From the human T2T-CHM13v2.0 reference genome, Homo sapiens, in the NCBI RefSeq assembly GCF_009914755.1, contig NC_060937.1: DNA of 64,000 bases. One strand, 5' to 3'. Every line of letters starts with the position of its first letter. Position 1 is the first letter of the stretch. Shown here in pieces: positions 9,904 through 23,055 of the stretch. The translations under genes and the position numbers were made by a program. Under the pieces are notes generated by a model. It did not search any database and had not been told where the DNA came from. It saw nothing but the letters and a program-made list of their open reading frames with translations.

Positions 9904-12900
9904 CCAAACATGACAGTCAGAAAATGTGCTCAACTGTTGGTCCACAGATTACCAAAGAGGTCTGTAGTGCCTGGTGGTGTGGCCCATTCAAGCTCCCTGC
10001 AGTGCTCTTGGGCCACAGAAGTCTCTAATGAGGCAGCCGGAGAGGGCCATGGACCTTCCACTGGAGCACTTCTATCAAGGCTGGCTCTCCATGGCTCTGT
10101 CTGGACACACAGAGATACCGCTCATGTCTCCTCCCTAGCCTCAGAGAACGTCTTTACGTTGTATGTGTGCAGTCTTTAAAGTTTCATTTTTTGTGTGGAG
10201 TCCTCAAAAATGTATCAGTTCTCTCTATTCTAGATTATCAGAGTTATAAGAGCCAGTAAAGTTGAATCCCATCATTCATCACATGCTTCAATTGTATGTA
10301 TTATACTAATATAAACATTGAAAAATAAATCTCTGATGTGAGAACCTTGTGACACCTTTGAGGTAAGTGTTTCTCTAACTGGAGTGATTCAACATCAGTG
10401 GTTTAGGTTTTTTTTTTAACTATTACTTAAGTGAGCACTGAAAATGTTAATCTGGATTTCAAATGTGTTTCTGAGAACCACATGAGACTTCAGGGTTTGA
10501 GTTTGCATTTGTTTTCATTAATCATATTTGCCACTATTGCTTTTTTTAGTTTTAACACACATGAGTTTGTTAGTTAATGTTGCTTAATTTTGGAGCATTT
10601 ATGATGGAGAAAATTTCATAAAGTGAGTTTATAAAGAAAGATGAATTTTGTTTCTAGTATTTAAATGATTAGAAAATGAGGAGTTTAAGATGTCTTACCT
10701 AACAATGCATAATATTTTAACCAAGTAATCTCCATTCTCTGCCAACTGAAACAAGTTTTATAATGTTTATAGTAACAGATCATTGGTCTTCTTGAAAACC
10801 CCAAAACTGATTTCTATCACATCGTTAGGGGCTTGGCTTTAAAACCATGACTCATATAACAATTTATAATTACAAAAATAATTATGAGAAATCCACAAGA
10901 ATTTTACAAGATTGCAATACATCCATCACCAACAACAAGCGTTAAGGTGAGACTTTCTACATTCTCTGAGACTTATGTAGTCATACAGGGTTGCAGCCAG
11001 TGTAAAACTAAAAGCAACAACTTAATGAATCCATTCTCAACATTTATATCACTTCCTGCTTGGATTTTGCAGTTGTCTGAAGCAGCACTGCATCTTGTGG
11101 ATATGGAGAAGGGAACACAGAACAGCAGGTCACAGTGCTCCCTCATGTTTTGTTTATCACTGCAGCTCTGAGCTGTTAACAGCTGTCAGCCCAGGGAGGG
11201 GCCTGGCGGCAGCTGGGACACCTCTCAGACCCACTGCAAGGTGCAGTAAATTGGTGGTGAAGTAGCATCCTCAGCAGAGACTGGCTCATGTGAACTGGAA
11301 TAATTGGTACAAACAGGCTTTTGGTGACAAGCTACTCCACTTAGAGGAATAAACTACCTGCCTTTCACACTGCATGAAGTTATTTTCCTCCCTGGCTGAA
11401 ACATCTCTAATCCCATTTCCAGACTCTGTCAATCTAATTATTTCTAGCATATACATAGAAGTGGATCAGAACTCTGGTTAGGTTCTGATGCTGAATTTTT
11501 GTGGTATTTCATTCCTAAATCTTGTATCAGAGGGTTTCTTGGATCAGCTGTTCCAATATAATCTATTAATCAATGTTTTCTCTTACCTTTTGTTAACATT
11601 TTAATGATTTTATTCTTGTCCAAGAATGTGCTTCAATTTCCTCCTTCCACCCTCTGTTTTTATCTTCTGTTAATGACAAATTTCCATTTCTTTACCTGAA
11701 ATATAGTGGTAGTTGGATTAAATACTAATGGATTTTATGACCTTGTCAATAACAAAAATCATTCAATAGGAATTTGGTTTTCTAAGATATTCTAGTATCC
11801 TAGAGTGATTTACTTTAAGAATCGGACACCAGATTTAGCCTTTGTGGAAATAATCCTTGGGAAAATATTCTTATATGTTTACTATAAAAAAGTTCTAAAG
11901 CTTGAGCTATCCTAGCCATGTTCTCTTGCCTGCTAATTCATATGCAGTTTAGGCCTCAGAAAACATATAATAAACTTTACTTCCCAAAATACAATTTTGA
12001 ATAGTTTTGAATTAGTGTCTTGATATATGATAGGTACTTTTTATTATATAGGATAGGTTACATCAATAAGGTAGAAAATTAGGTGCCATTCACCTACGTA
12101 AGGGGAAAATCAAAGCAAGTTGAAAATATATACATTTACAAGATTTGAAACTGTTCTCACATTTCCAGACCATTTAATTTATTTTACTTCTTCCAGGACA
12201 AATTTTTTCAGCATTTCCCTCTTACCATAACAATATAAGTTCGTCTCGGGTAAAGCTCTGGGTCATCCTAAGTGCGTTTGCTGCTTTAGTAGGCAACTAG
12301 GGATGGCCCAGGGGCAGCTTATTTGTGTTCACATCTTCCTTGCATGCTACCTCGATCCTGGCTGCGTGGACTGTGTGGCCCAACGTGTGTCTCCCGTTGC
12401 ACGCAGGTTGCCCCTGGTTGCCCACCTGTGAGCAGATTGTGGGCAGCTGGATGGCCCCCGATGTCCTCTCTCTTTTATTGGACTTGACACTGTTTAAAGT
12501 TTTCCTTTTATTCTCTTAAACATTTTTCACCCGCTGTAAGCAAATACCTCTCTCCATTCTACATCACCCCTGCCAGAACCTGTCATAAAGATTTAGAGAA
12601 AAGATGGAATTTCAATGTTGCGAGACCACAAGCACCCTGCTCCTGCCCAGTGATTTCACAGAGCTGCTTTGACACAGTGCAAACCTAACAAGCCTAACAA
12701 GGGGAAGCTACTGCTTTCTGAAAAGCTGGTGATTTTCTCCTAGAGAGATCTCAGCAGTCCTATACAAATTAAAAGACAAACACCTTCTTCTTTAGAACCT
12801 TACAGAGTGATGACTATACGTTTATAGGCAAACACAAAAGTCATTTTACTTTTTAACATAACATCTAAGCCCCAGTGTTTGGGAAATGATCCATGCTTTA

Positions 12901-14697
12901 CTAAAAAACAAGTGTCAGTGCATTTAGGTAAAGGATAATAAAGTTTAATTTTAGAGTGTACACATTTTGAATTAAGTTTTAATAATATAACCAAAATTGA
13001 GATAGGGCTTCTTAATACCAACCAGTTTGCAAGTTAAAGGTCAATTTTCAATATGATCCGAGCTAAAAAATTTCCATTCTAAATGCCATGTAAATACAAT
13101 ATATTTTGATCTTCGTTCTATAACCACCTTATAATATGCTAAGGGAATTATTAGTGCTATTTCCAGGCACATTACTAAATCAATCACAGCAGTACACACA
13201 GTGAGAGACAAGAGCCCAGAACCTTAATATACACAAAAACAGAAAATAAATATTTTAATATTCATAAAAATATGAAGGCATGTGCCAAGCAATATTTCTG
13301 ACTATTTTATGTTAATGGAATGCCTGCTTCTAACTTACTATGACATAATTTTAAATGTATAATTTTATATCAGATAAGTAAAATATTTATTTGTGATATA
13401 CAGAAATAAAGCATACAATAAAATGTTAGTATCTGCTTTCATTTTGGATCTAACAATCATTTTTCTGAAATGGTCAAGTCAGCTTCAAAGTAATTTTCAT
13501 AGGTTTCAAATACTTAATAGTAATTATCCTGCCTACAAGATATATTGTGTTGCCTGTATGGAAAATGCTCAAATACAATTTTTCCTTGTGTGTTTTCATT
13601 TGAACGGACAGCCAATAAAGGCGAAACTACAAAAATGTCATGTCCCTAATATGAGGTTTTCTAGTACAGAGATGTGTCTTCAAAAATATAAGTCATCTTG
13701 ATGAAAATGGCATTCATGTTCTTAATAGCAATCGTTTACTTAAGAAGTATCCTTGAAGCTGAGTCTTGGTATAGCTTTTCCCTGACACACAACAAATCAC
13801 ACACATCAATCAGAATGATATTAGAAGCATTTCGGTCTTTTATTCAATTTCTCTATATAAGACTACCAAGGAGGGAGGGGTATGTGTCTGTTGCTGGAAG
13901 TGTTTAAATCTTCTCTTCTTTTGCAGCCCAGCTCACCATCTTCCCACAGGCGACAGCTGCTTCAGGTGCTCTTACTGCCACCCTCACCTCAAACCTCACT
14001 ACGCTTTGCTACATTTTATAATCACTCTCTAAGCCTCCCTTTAGCCTGTCTATTTTCCTTGGATTCTATCTGTAGACTCCTGCCTGGTTCCTTCACATCA
14101 ACCTATAGTTCCAGATCCAAAATGCCATTCAGAATTTGAATCTCTAAGCTTGAAATGAGGAAGGGATATGAGAATGCTTTATATTGTATATGTATGTTTT
14201 CTATAATACAAATAGTTTGCTTTTGACCATGTGTCACACAAACATGTATTCCTTCCCTGACGCACTTCCTTTCCCCCAAAATAGATCACCCGTTCCTCAG
14301 CTCCCAGACTGGTACACACACATGACAGCCACCCCTTACATTGGGTAATGATGCTGCCCAATGTAAGGTAATTGTAATACATTTTACCCCAGTAATTCTC
14401 CACTGGTGATGCTATTAACCTCAAAGAGCATTTGGCAATCTTTGTGTCTGGTTTGTTCATTGGTAGGTTTTTATCCACAAAAGTTAAAAATTAAAAAAAA
14501 ATTTAAAAAGATATAAGCAAAATAAAATACTGTCACTCTGGGTTTCCTTTCCAGTAGTCTAAACATGGTCATCATCTTTGAACAGAAAATTCTGCCCACC
14601 TCACTGAAGGTGATATAACACATAAAACCAACCCAATGAAACACCACATAGAGAATTTCCAAACAGGGCTGGGGGTGAGGGAATCTAAATCTCTCAA

Positions 14698-15133
14698 TGT
14701 ATTAGTTCCTCAGGGCTGCTGTAGCACGGTATCAAACACCAGGTGGCTTAAAACAGTAACTATATTTTCTCATAGTTCTGGAGACCAGGTGTCTGAATTC
14801 AAAGTGTCAACAGGGCCATGCTCTCTCTGAAGCCTCTAAAAGAGAATCCTTCCTCACCTCCCCTAATTCCCAGTGGTGGCCATCAACCTTGGCTTGTAGA
14901 TGCAGCTCTCTAGTCACATGGCCATCTCTTCCCTCTGTGTCTTACTTTGCCTTCCCTGCGTGTGTCTGCCTCTGTGTCTAAATTTTCCCTCTTTGTTAGG
15001 ACGCCAGTCATAGTGGATTAGGGCCCAACCTAATGACCTCATTTTAATGTGATGGCCTCTGGAAAGACCCTATTTCCAAATAAGGTTGCATTGTGAGATA
15101 CTGAGGGTCAGAAATTCAATACATCATTTTTGG
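14698..15133 (-). mobile_element. MLT1B/C-type MaLR LTR
   Basis: tgtattagttcctcagggctgctgtagc...gattagggcccaacctaatgacctcatttta...aagaccctatttccaaataaggt. Confidence 0.88.
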
Positions 15134-15376
15134 ATACTTTTTATCTAAAAAAAAAAGTTTCTATTTTTAAATAGAAAATCTTATACCTTTTTCAATTACA
15201 TTTTAAATTATTTTATTTATTATTGGAAGGTCAATAATTTTTAACTGATCTCAGAAGACAAAACTTACACAATATTCTTTTGTCCTATCTGACTTCATTG
15301 TGTACAGGGATTGAGGGAATCCCTGCAAAAAGCAAAAATTACCAAAATAAATAAATAAATAAAGTCACATTCCAGC

Positions 15377-15795
15377 TGTGAGATTTAATCTTATGTTTCA
15401 ACTTGACTAGGCTAAGGCTGTCTGACTGCTGGTAAAACATGATTTCCGGGTGTGTCTGTGAGAGTGTTTCTGGAAGAGATTTACACACCGTCACGAATGT
15501 GGGTGGGACTGTCCAGTCCATTGAGGGCCCAGATAGAACAAAAAGGGAGAAGAAAGGTGAATTTTCTCTCTCTTCTTGAGCTGAGACATCATCTTCTCCT
15601 GCCCTGGGATATTGTGTCCTCTGGTTCTCAGGCTTTTAAACTCGAACTAAATTATATTACCAGCTTTCCAAGGTCTCCAGCTTCCAGACAGCATATTATG
15701 AGATTTGGCCTCCATAATTGCATGAGCTAATTCCTATAATAAAGTCATCCTCTCAGCTCCCTCTTTCTATCTCTCGCTCTGTCTCTCTCTCACTC
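15377..15795 (+). mobile_element. MLT2C/D-type ERVL LTR
   Basis: caacttgactaggctaagg...gggtgtgtctgtgagagtgtttctggaagagatt...cctccataattgcatgagctaattcctataataaa followed by a (CT)-rich tract. Confidence 0.85.
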
Positions 15796-16399
15796 TCAAT
15801 TTTATTTTAATTATATAAATATAATTAACATAAATATATATTATCATACATAATTAATTATATAACTTTATACATATATATAGAATTGAGAGTTTTCCAG
15901 ATCTTTGAAATAAACAAATCCACAGGTTCAAAAAGCCCAGTGAATTACAGACAGAATAGTAAAAATCAGGACGTATTTTTAATACAATCAAAGACAAAGA
16001 ATAACTTACATATATTTTCTGGTTTTATCCATCTGTTTAATATTTTTTGCTCTTTAGCTCATTGATTTTCTTCTTAAAGATAATGTGTTTAGTTTGCTAA
16101 TTGAATGTATTCATTTCAGCATTCTGAAGAATTACTGAATCAAAAATTTTATGCTGTCAATCTGGATATTTTCCTTTCATAGAAAATGAATGGCTTATCT
16201 TACTCTACCTTCATTTTCTAAACCTACATCTAAAATGACATTGTCGATTTTGTCTAGAATTGTAAACTATACAATTGTGATAACAACATGAATGATTTTG
16301 TTAAGATTGTTGCCTTTCGCCATTCTATTTTGTCATTTTAATTGATGAGAAAATCTTTGATATTTATGATTTCCACAGCCATGACTGATCTGTTTTCTT

Positions 16400-17100
16400 G
16401 TATTATATTAGTAATTTTGACACCTTTCAAATGGCTCAGACTTCAAGTACTATTTTCAGGAACTACCCCTAGAAGCTAAGTTTTATGAATCCTAAATATC
16501 TGTGATGGGCATGGACATTTGGGGTCAAATATTTTCCACTCCGCAACTGTGGATATCACATTATCTTTCTGGTCTGTTACATAACTATGAAGAAATCTAT
16601 AGCCACTTTAAATTTGTACCACTCTGTTGGTTCTATTTTTTTAAATATGAATGCCAGTAAAATGATCACCCAATTACAACCAGGTGCAAATAATTTCTTT
16701 ATTTTGTCTTCAACCTTGATAAGCCCCCTGCTTCTAAAAATTCAGAAGGTAATGTTTTTCTCACCATAAAATCCTTTGGTTCCTCCATATACTTGATTGA
16801 TTACATCTTTTCCTTCAGTTGTTTCATTTTCTCCTTGTATATCATAGAAGGATAAATTATACATCCAAGATCTTTTCTCCTATCTTACAACTTTCATCTA
16901 CTTATTCTTTTCTCTCCTTTTTGTGATTGGTTCACAAATATGTTCTTTAGATAACTAATTCAATTTTTGATATGTCAGACCTGTTCTTTAAAGCTTTCCA
17001 CTTTTTTTTTTTTTTTTGGCTTGGTTTTTTACCATTGCCAACATTTTTCATGCCAGCTATTCTCAATTTTGCTTTTTGCTTTTACAGTCTTTATAATGAC
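16400..17100 (-). mobile_element. Very old L1M/HAL1 ORF1-region fragment
   Basis: aaatattttccactccgcaactgtggatatcacattatctttctgg...tgaagaaatctatagcc resembles antisense L1 ORF1; highly decayed. Confidence 0.4.
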
Positions 17101-18439
17101 CTACACTTTTATCACAGATAATTTTCCTTACTGAGAACATGAAGAAACTACATTAAAGTCAATTTCAGAAATATGCATTTCTCCTCTGTTCTTGGCATAT
17201 GCTCTTATTTCTTTCTGGGGCCAATTAGATTTTTCTCTGTTTACTCAACAATACAAAAAGACACGTATTTTGATGGTTGACTACTCTCTTGTCCTTCTCC
17301 CACAGCATCTTTCCAGACAACAGCAGCATGCTATAGAGAGAACAGTGGAGCGAAGATGATGCATAAGTTTTTTTTATTTTTTACAATGATCTCTTTGCTG
17401 GGACCACGCAGCAAGAAAAAAAAAATGACCAGCAAAAGCCGTGCCCAAGAGAATCTTAAGAAATCTCCAAGTTCAATACATTTCTGTTTATCTGTCTTGC
17501 AGACCATTTCCTCATTAGTTCAGGCATTTTTCTCTACATGAATCCTCCAGAAATGTGCCTCAATTCTTCCTTCTCTTGTGGTTGCAAAATCACAAATTCA
17601 TTCCTTTCAATCACTGCATCATTTTCACATTTAAAAGTATCTTGTTGAGTGAGTCTTTTCCACCATATCTAATGACTCAGGTATTCTATTTTTACAAACA
17701 AAATATAGTATGCACTTATGTCCCCAAATATGCAAGACCAAATGGTGTGCCTCTCACATCTATATGGCTTGACATAACAATTTTTTTACCTGATATTACA
17801 ATAAGGTTTCTAATGTGACCAGGATGGCTCAGCAACGGTTTTGTCCTTGGGATAGTTAGGATGCCTGGATTACTGTAGGCACTGGAAAAGTTGAAAAAAC
17901 TTTGAGTAGAGCAAATCTCTTTCAGATAATTGAAATGAATTTATTAGTTTGAAAGATAGGCAAAATGTTTGAAAGACAAAAATAAATTAGGTTTTAATTT
18001 CAGAAATAAATTAGGAGACCTGAAAACAAGAAAGATTAATTTCTTCAATTAAAATAGAACATGTACTATGTGCCTACATCATAATAAGTGTAACATTTGG
18101 ATGTGGATATAGCTGTGGTTATGGTTTTCTTGCCTACTGAGAAGGTATGCTGACCTTAAGACAAACGGGATTTTGAGAAAAGGTTTTCTCCAATAATTTA
18201 TATATACAAATGTTATTCAAGACAAACATTTTACTATTTTCCTTAACCTACATTGAATATGGCTGGCTATAGATTAAAAAACAAAGTGACCCTAGAAATC
18301 AACTCACAAGCATTTGATAACTTTTCTCATCAAGGAAAATGTAAGCATCTATGGTAAGGCACCTAAAAACCCCCAGTTTCTAGCTCTGAACCTCTTTATG
18401 CTCTTTCCATAAGGTCTTTTGGTTTCACTCTAATAACTG

Positions 18440-20790
18440 AAACCACAGGAGGGTTTTGAGGAGAGGCGTGGTGTGAACAGGTCTGCTCTGAAGTCAGGCA
18501 ATGGAATTTGCTGCTGAAAAGTTCAGAGGCTGTTGCAATAATAGAACTGAGAGATGATCATGGCTTGACTAGGATGGTAGCAGTGAATGTAGAATTAAAT
18601 AGACAGATTCTGTATGTACATTGAAGGTGGTTTACTGATAGCATTATATGGAAGAGGTGAGAGAAAGAGATTTGTTGGTGATGAGTCCAGTAACTTTTCT
18701 TGAGCAACAGAAAGAACATAGTTATCATTTACTGAGATGAGGAAGGCCATGTGAAGGACAGGTTGGGAAGAAAAATCAGGATTTTAGTTTTGAGTTGTTT
18801 AGGTTCAAGATGTCCATTTAATATCAAGGGGAAATGTTGAGAGGTCAGTTGGATACAATGTTTGGAATTTAGAGGAAAGCTCTGGACCAGAGATATACAT
18901 TTAGGTATCATTAAAATATAGATGGAATTCGAAGTTCGAAGACTGGATGAGATGAGCCAGGATATGAGTCTAGCGAGGGAAAAGAAGTCTGAAAATTGAG
19001 CCCTTAGACTCTACAACTTTAAGATGTTAGATAATGAGAAAGAAATCCAAGGGAGACTGATCATCTGAAAGTCCAATGAGGAGAGGTTTGCAAGAAGTGA
19101 TTAATGGTCATATGCTGACGATGGCTTAAATTTAAAAACAAACAAACAAAAACAAAACAAAAAACCAGACCAAGAACTGATCATTGGCTTTGGCACAATG
19201 AGATTATTGATAACATCTGTAACAACTCTTTGGGTGAAGCTATGGAAGTGAAAGCATACTTGGAAGGGAACTGGAGACATGTAATATCGACAAGTCTTTT
19301 GACAAACATCACTAACGAGATGGAACATAAAGACAAAGTTATAGCTGTAGATGGACCTAGGAGTTAATTATAGTTACTAAGGTGTACAAACGAAAGGTTG
19401 TCCTTAGAGGGGCACTGACAGTCAGTCCTTGGAATGTGCGGTGTATTTGCCTACATGCAGAGATATTGGTGTACATCGTGGTGAGAATGAGTGGAGAATT
19501 TATTCTGAAATTTTCTATTTTCTGTAGCAGCTGAGAATGAAGATTGGGAAGGATGTATGAGAGATTTGAATAAAATTAGAATAAGTATGAAATAGTGTGT
19601 AGTGCATCAGTCATCTGTTGTCACCTAAAAAACCACCTTAAAATCCAATGGCTTTAAAAAGATGATGAATTCCACTTTAGTTAACAAGCTCATTGTCTCT
19701 GTTTCATATGCTATCAGCTGGGGATGCTAGATTAGAGACTAGAGGACCCAATGTCAAGGTGGCTTGCTCACATGGTGCATAAGTGGGTATCGGAGCTGTC
19801 AGTGAGTCAGGTGCCCAGCCAAGATGTGTGCCCCAGGCCTTAGCTCTTATGTACATGAGCCTCTCCATAGCTGCTTGGGTTTCTCTGAGACATAACAGCT
19901 AGATGCTAAGAGCAAGCATCTCAAGAAGAGCAGGCAGAACCTGCATCACCTCTAATGGCTTAGTCTGAGATGTCGCATGACATCAATTTGTCCACCATCT
20001 ATTGATTAAGGCAGTCATAAAGTTTCACCTAGGTTAAAAGGAAGGTTCAATTCCATCCCCAATTCTATTGGAAGGGTATAAAGTACACATTTCAAGAAGA
20101 AAATATGATGGGATATATTGTTGCTGCCATCATTGAATAAAATGATCTGTCATCAAAAAGTCATCTAGAAGAGTAGGAGAATAAATAGACCTGGGAAATG
20201 AGATATGATTGCTAGATGGTTCTAATAATCCAACTAAGATTGTCACAAATTGAAAGAATCTAAATGTAAGTATGTGTTTTGCTATCCACATTCAGGTATG
20301 AGAATACTCATTTGAAGCAGATAAAGATGCAAAATTTAAGTAGCCTTTAGATTTTCATAAGCAAAGTGATGAAAGATGCTCATGCGAAAGCATAGAACAT
20401 CCAAGCTCAATAAAGAGGGAAGGAAGATCATAAAGAAGATGAGGGGCTGGAACAAGGAATAGTGAACAATGGATCATAGATCTCACAGAGACAAAACGTT
20501 GTTGTGTTTGAGATATTAGAATTAGCTGGCAGTGTTGATTTGAGAGTAAGATGCTTAAAATTGAAATTAAAAAGGGACAAATAGTATTGATAATGACAGT
20601 ATGTATGTAAGCTATGACTATGATAGTGAGTAATTTAAATTGAGAGGAAGTCAAGAGAATAAGAGGCTGGGATTTTACTGGGATAATATACATGAGTATA
20701 GAAAACACCAAAAATAATACAGGATACAATAACCATGAGTCAAGTGTTAGAATCTTTATGTAAGAAGGAGTAAACCAGAAGTCTGTAGGT
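18440..20790 (-). mobile_element. L2 LINE, interrupted by MLT1H
   Basis: Purine-rich L2 antisense text (gaggctgttgcaataat, tcatttactgagatgaggaag, gtcagttggatacaatgtttggaatttagagg); resumes tcatctagaagagt after the MLT1. Confidence 0.8.
19596..20155 (-). mobile_element. MLT1H-type MaLR LTR inserted in L2
   Basis: caaggtggcttgctcacatgg...ctctccatagctgcttgggtt...gggatatattgttgctgccatc; candidate 5-bp TSD aatag/aaaag. Confidence 0.75.
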
Positions 20791-20796
20791 GACTCT

Positions 20797-20920
20797 TATT
20801 AACCCCAGCTTGCACAAGGAGTGATTGAAGCACAGAGACATTAGTAACTTGCCCTAAAAGAAGTAGAGCCTAGATTGGATTCCAGAAAGTAGCTCAGCTC
20901 CAGAACCTGCACTCTTAGCT
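20797..20920 (-). mobile_element. MIR fragment
   Basis: gattgaagcacagagacattagtaacttgccc...ctccagaacctgcactctta. Confidence 0.6.
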
Positions 20921-21289
20921 TTCAGCTCCCCAAGAACAAGAGGATAAAGTGTGATATAAACCCAATCACCACTTTCTTTCAAGAGTAGCTTTTATCAAAT
21001 TAAAAAAGGAGAATATTATTGGTAATGACAACCTATAAGCTACGACTATGGTTGTGAGTAGTTTCACAGGGAACTCTATAATATGGTATTTACACCTGAG
21101 TCTATACAAACTGACTTTTAAAAATCCATTAGCTTGATGCTGTGGCACCATATTTACATTCTAAAATATTAAATGACTTAGAGATTATTTTAGTCATTTA
21201 ACAGACTATTCTTCAGTGTCAGTAGAATATATTTACTCATAACCATATTAGCCAATTGTATTGTAGAGAGTACCATATAAATGATTGCA

Positions 21290-21703
21290 CACGTCCACCT
21301 GTGTTGTTGTGAAGGAATGTCTGAGACTGGGTAAATTATAAAGCAAAACATCTATTTGGCTCACAACTCTGCTGTTTGGAAGATTAGGCCTCTGGTGAAG
21401 GCCCCAGGCTGCTTCCGTTTATGGTGCAAGGAGAAGAGGGGCTGGCATGCACAGAGATCACATGATGAGAGAGGAGCTAAAGAGATGGGGAAGCTGCCAC
21501 ACTCAACTCAATAACCAGCTCTGGAGGGAATTAACATAGTGAGAACTTGCTCACTTGTGCTTCCCAGAGGGGGGATTAATTTATTCATGAGGGAACCTTC
21601 CTCATGACCCAGACACCTCCCATTAGAACCCACCTCCAACACTGGGGATCCAATTTCAACAGGAGATTTGAAGAAGTCAAACCAACCATGTCCACAGTAT
21701 AGC
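21290..21703 (-). mobile_element. MSTB1-type MaLR LTR
   Basis: ctgagactgggtaaattataaag...ttcatgagggaacc...cacctcccattagaacccacctccaacactggggatccaatttcaac. Confidence 0.85.
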
Positions 21704-22849
21704 CACACCCATTTGTATATAGAAATGGCTGTGTTTACATTTATAGGTGTGTTTATGTGTGCCAAAACTTATGTATCTCTACAAACACAGTGAAAAGGTT
21801 GGGCTTGCTCAAGTAATGATAGGGTCAACAAAAAGGCACGTGGCCCTAGCTGGGGGCCTGGACATGCTCCTCTAGCAGTAAGACCCAGGTTGCCGACTGC
21901 CCGTTATGTTGTTCTGTGTTTTCTTATAACAAGCCAGACTCTGCTCACATTTATTTGATTCAAAGTACAGTGTAGATCTGGAAAAACAGAAATACGAAGG
22001 TAGTAATGTAAAGACTGCAAGTATAATTTTTAAAAATCTTTCTGGGTATAAAGTTCTATGAGTATTTAATTGATTTAATCCAAATAGCAAAGACCTCTTT
22101 CCTTATAATAGTTAACCTTTCAAAACCCTGCACATTTCTAAGAATAAGAAGTGTTTGGTGAGTGCTATAAGAAGTAGCTCAAAAATAGATAGAAACACAG
22201 AAACCAGCTCACCTGGCAGAATATTACATTTTTCCCCAAAAAACTTTATAGAAATACCACGTCTTCTTTGCCTTGTGTTTTTCTGTTGAAACCAAAGATT
22301 GCAAGATGTCATGTTTGCACCCAATTTTAGAGCACTGTAATGTCAAGTAGACTCCATTTTACATGAGATTCCAAAACCGTGTGCTGTTTTTTATATTCAT
22401 CTTTCTTCTTTGTAACACAATTAAAAGCATCCTGCTTTCTTCACAGTAATCAGAACATGAAATATTACCTTGTGCTCCAAATGCAACCCCTGGGGGTGTT
22501 TAACATGTCTCTACAAGACTCTTGGGAATTCTGCACAAATGTTGGAAAAATGCATGCTGGCAATGTCATTAAAAAGGAAGAAAACAGATGGTTCTTTGGC
22601 TTGAATTTATGCCGGCAGTTTTATGTGTTCAGGACAAGTTTGATTAAACAATAATTTCAATAGGATTTTAGCTAACAAATAACTGTCCAACCATTGTCTG
22701 TTTCAGAAAAAGTAGTTCTGGCTTTTTTCCCCCTTTTCCCCTAGCCTGGTGAAAATATTTGACATTTTCAATCCTAAAATAGCAAAACTTGAGGAGTTTG
22801 CTTTTCTCTGTCATAATGTCATAAATTCTAATCATCTGTGACATAGGAA

Positions 22850-23055
22850 AGCAGCATAGCACTGTGGTTAGAAGTGTGTGCTTTGGGATACGCAGGGTGA
22901 GTTCAAATCCTTGGACAATTAACCCTTCTGTTGCCTCAGTTGCCTTATTGTTTACCATGAGGCATAATAACAGTATCTACTCCAAAAACCTTTTGTGAGA
23001 AGACAATGTTTGAAAAATAGTGCCCAATACCTAGGAAGCACTCAACCAAACATCA
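22850..23055 (+). mobile_element. MIR
   Basis: gcagcatagcactgtggttagaagtgtgtgctttgg...gttcaaatcc...gcctcagttgcctt...ataataacagtatctac. Confidence 0.75.

Noticed and set aside
10066-10079. 14-mer gcacttctatcaag also found near 43990
   Set aside because: Several 14-mer matches are expected by chance in 64 kb and the flanks do not align
20355-20729. 124-aa hydrophobic ORF
   Set aside because: Low-complexity translation of decayed L2 sequence
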